Part shown: piece by piece, positions 63,541 to 64,000 of the stretch | How positions within the stretch are numbered: position 1 is the first letter of the stretch | Layout: every line of letters begins with the position of its first letter | NCBI GenBank assembly: GCA_030390025.1 | Contig: CM059433.1 | Location: 10,294,001 to 10,358,000 of the forward strand | Reading direction: 5' to 3' | Source of the DNA: Squalus acanthias | Taxonomy: Eukaryota | Length of the DNA: 64,000 nucleotides | Made by a program: the position numbers and the translations under genes | Notes under the pieces: generated by a model | Told to the model about the DNA's origin: nothing | The model's input: only the letters and a program-made list of their open reading frames with translations | The model's database searches: none

Positions 63541-64000
63541 GATTAAAGTCTTCCATCTCTGGACTCCAGTTTAAAACCCAGCCCAAGCAAGTGGATTAAA
63601 ATTCACGTGGTGCAAACAGTCATTCAGAACCCTGACGGTCTTCTGCTCATCTGACAAGCCAAACAACATTAAGCAGGAAATTGGATACCCTTCAGTTCCC
63701 CTGCACTTGCTTGGGGCAGAGGTGAGTGTAGAAACTATCGGGATCAAATTCAGTTTTTTTGGATATGCAGATTCAACTTCCTGGGTGTAAACGGGGTGAA
63801 AGATCTTTCAACACGTCAGATAATCAAAAGTTTACAGCCACATCAACAAAAGTCAGGCACAAATCAGATGTTTGAAAACATGCCCAAATAAAATTCAAAT
63901 GAAATTATAATATTTGCAGCTGTTATAATATTAGGTAATTCAGTACCAAAGAATTACTCGCACAAAAAAAATGTTGAAACCAAAGTTAAAAGCAGTTAGC

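Overview
Repeat-dense eukaryotic DNA, most likely a cartilaginous fish (shark), judged from its HE1/V-SINE, SacSINE1/DeuSINE and CR1 repeat complement. The only host gene I can support is a single-exon SoxC transcription factor (Sox11-like, possibly the Sox12 orthologue) on the minus strand at 41552-42700. It sits in a ~7 kb nearly transposon-free island with a long 3'UTR rich in miRNA seed sites. About 2.5 kb upstream, a 4375-bp Ty3/Gypsy LTR retrotransposon (45252-49626) is inserted in a 29-bp minisatellite. It has identical 161-bp LTRs, a 5-bp TSD, a PPT and a gag-pol broken by one 1-bp frameshift. It is unusual in having no tRNA-type primer-binding site: the leader is instead complementary to LTR poly(A)-signal sequence. 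It also has a YLDN RT motif and a TATA box inside a hairpin. The rest is nested debris: CR1, L2, RTE and CR1/L2-group LINEs, several SINE families, many PIF/Harbinger MITEs and transposase/Myb remnants, a Penelope-like element with a minimal hammerhead ribozyme, a bipartite RTE derivative and a solo LTR. Family names come from motif recognition by eye, not database searches.
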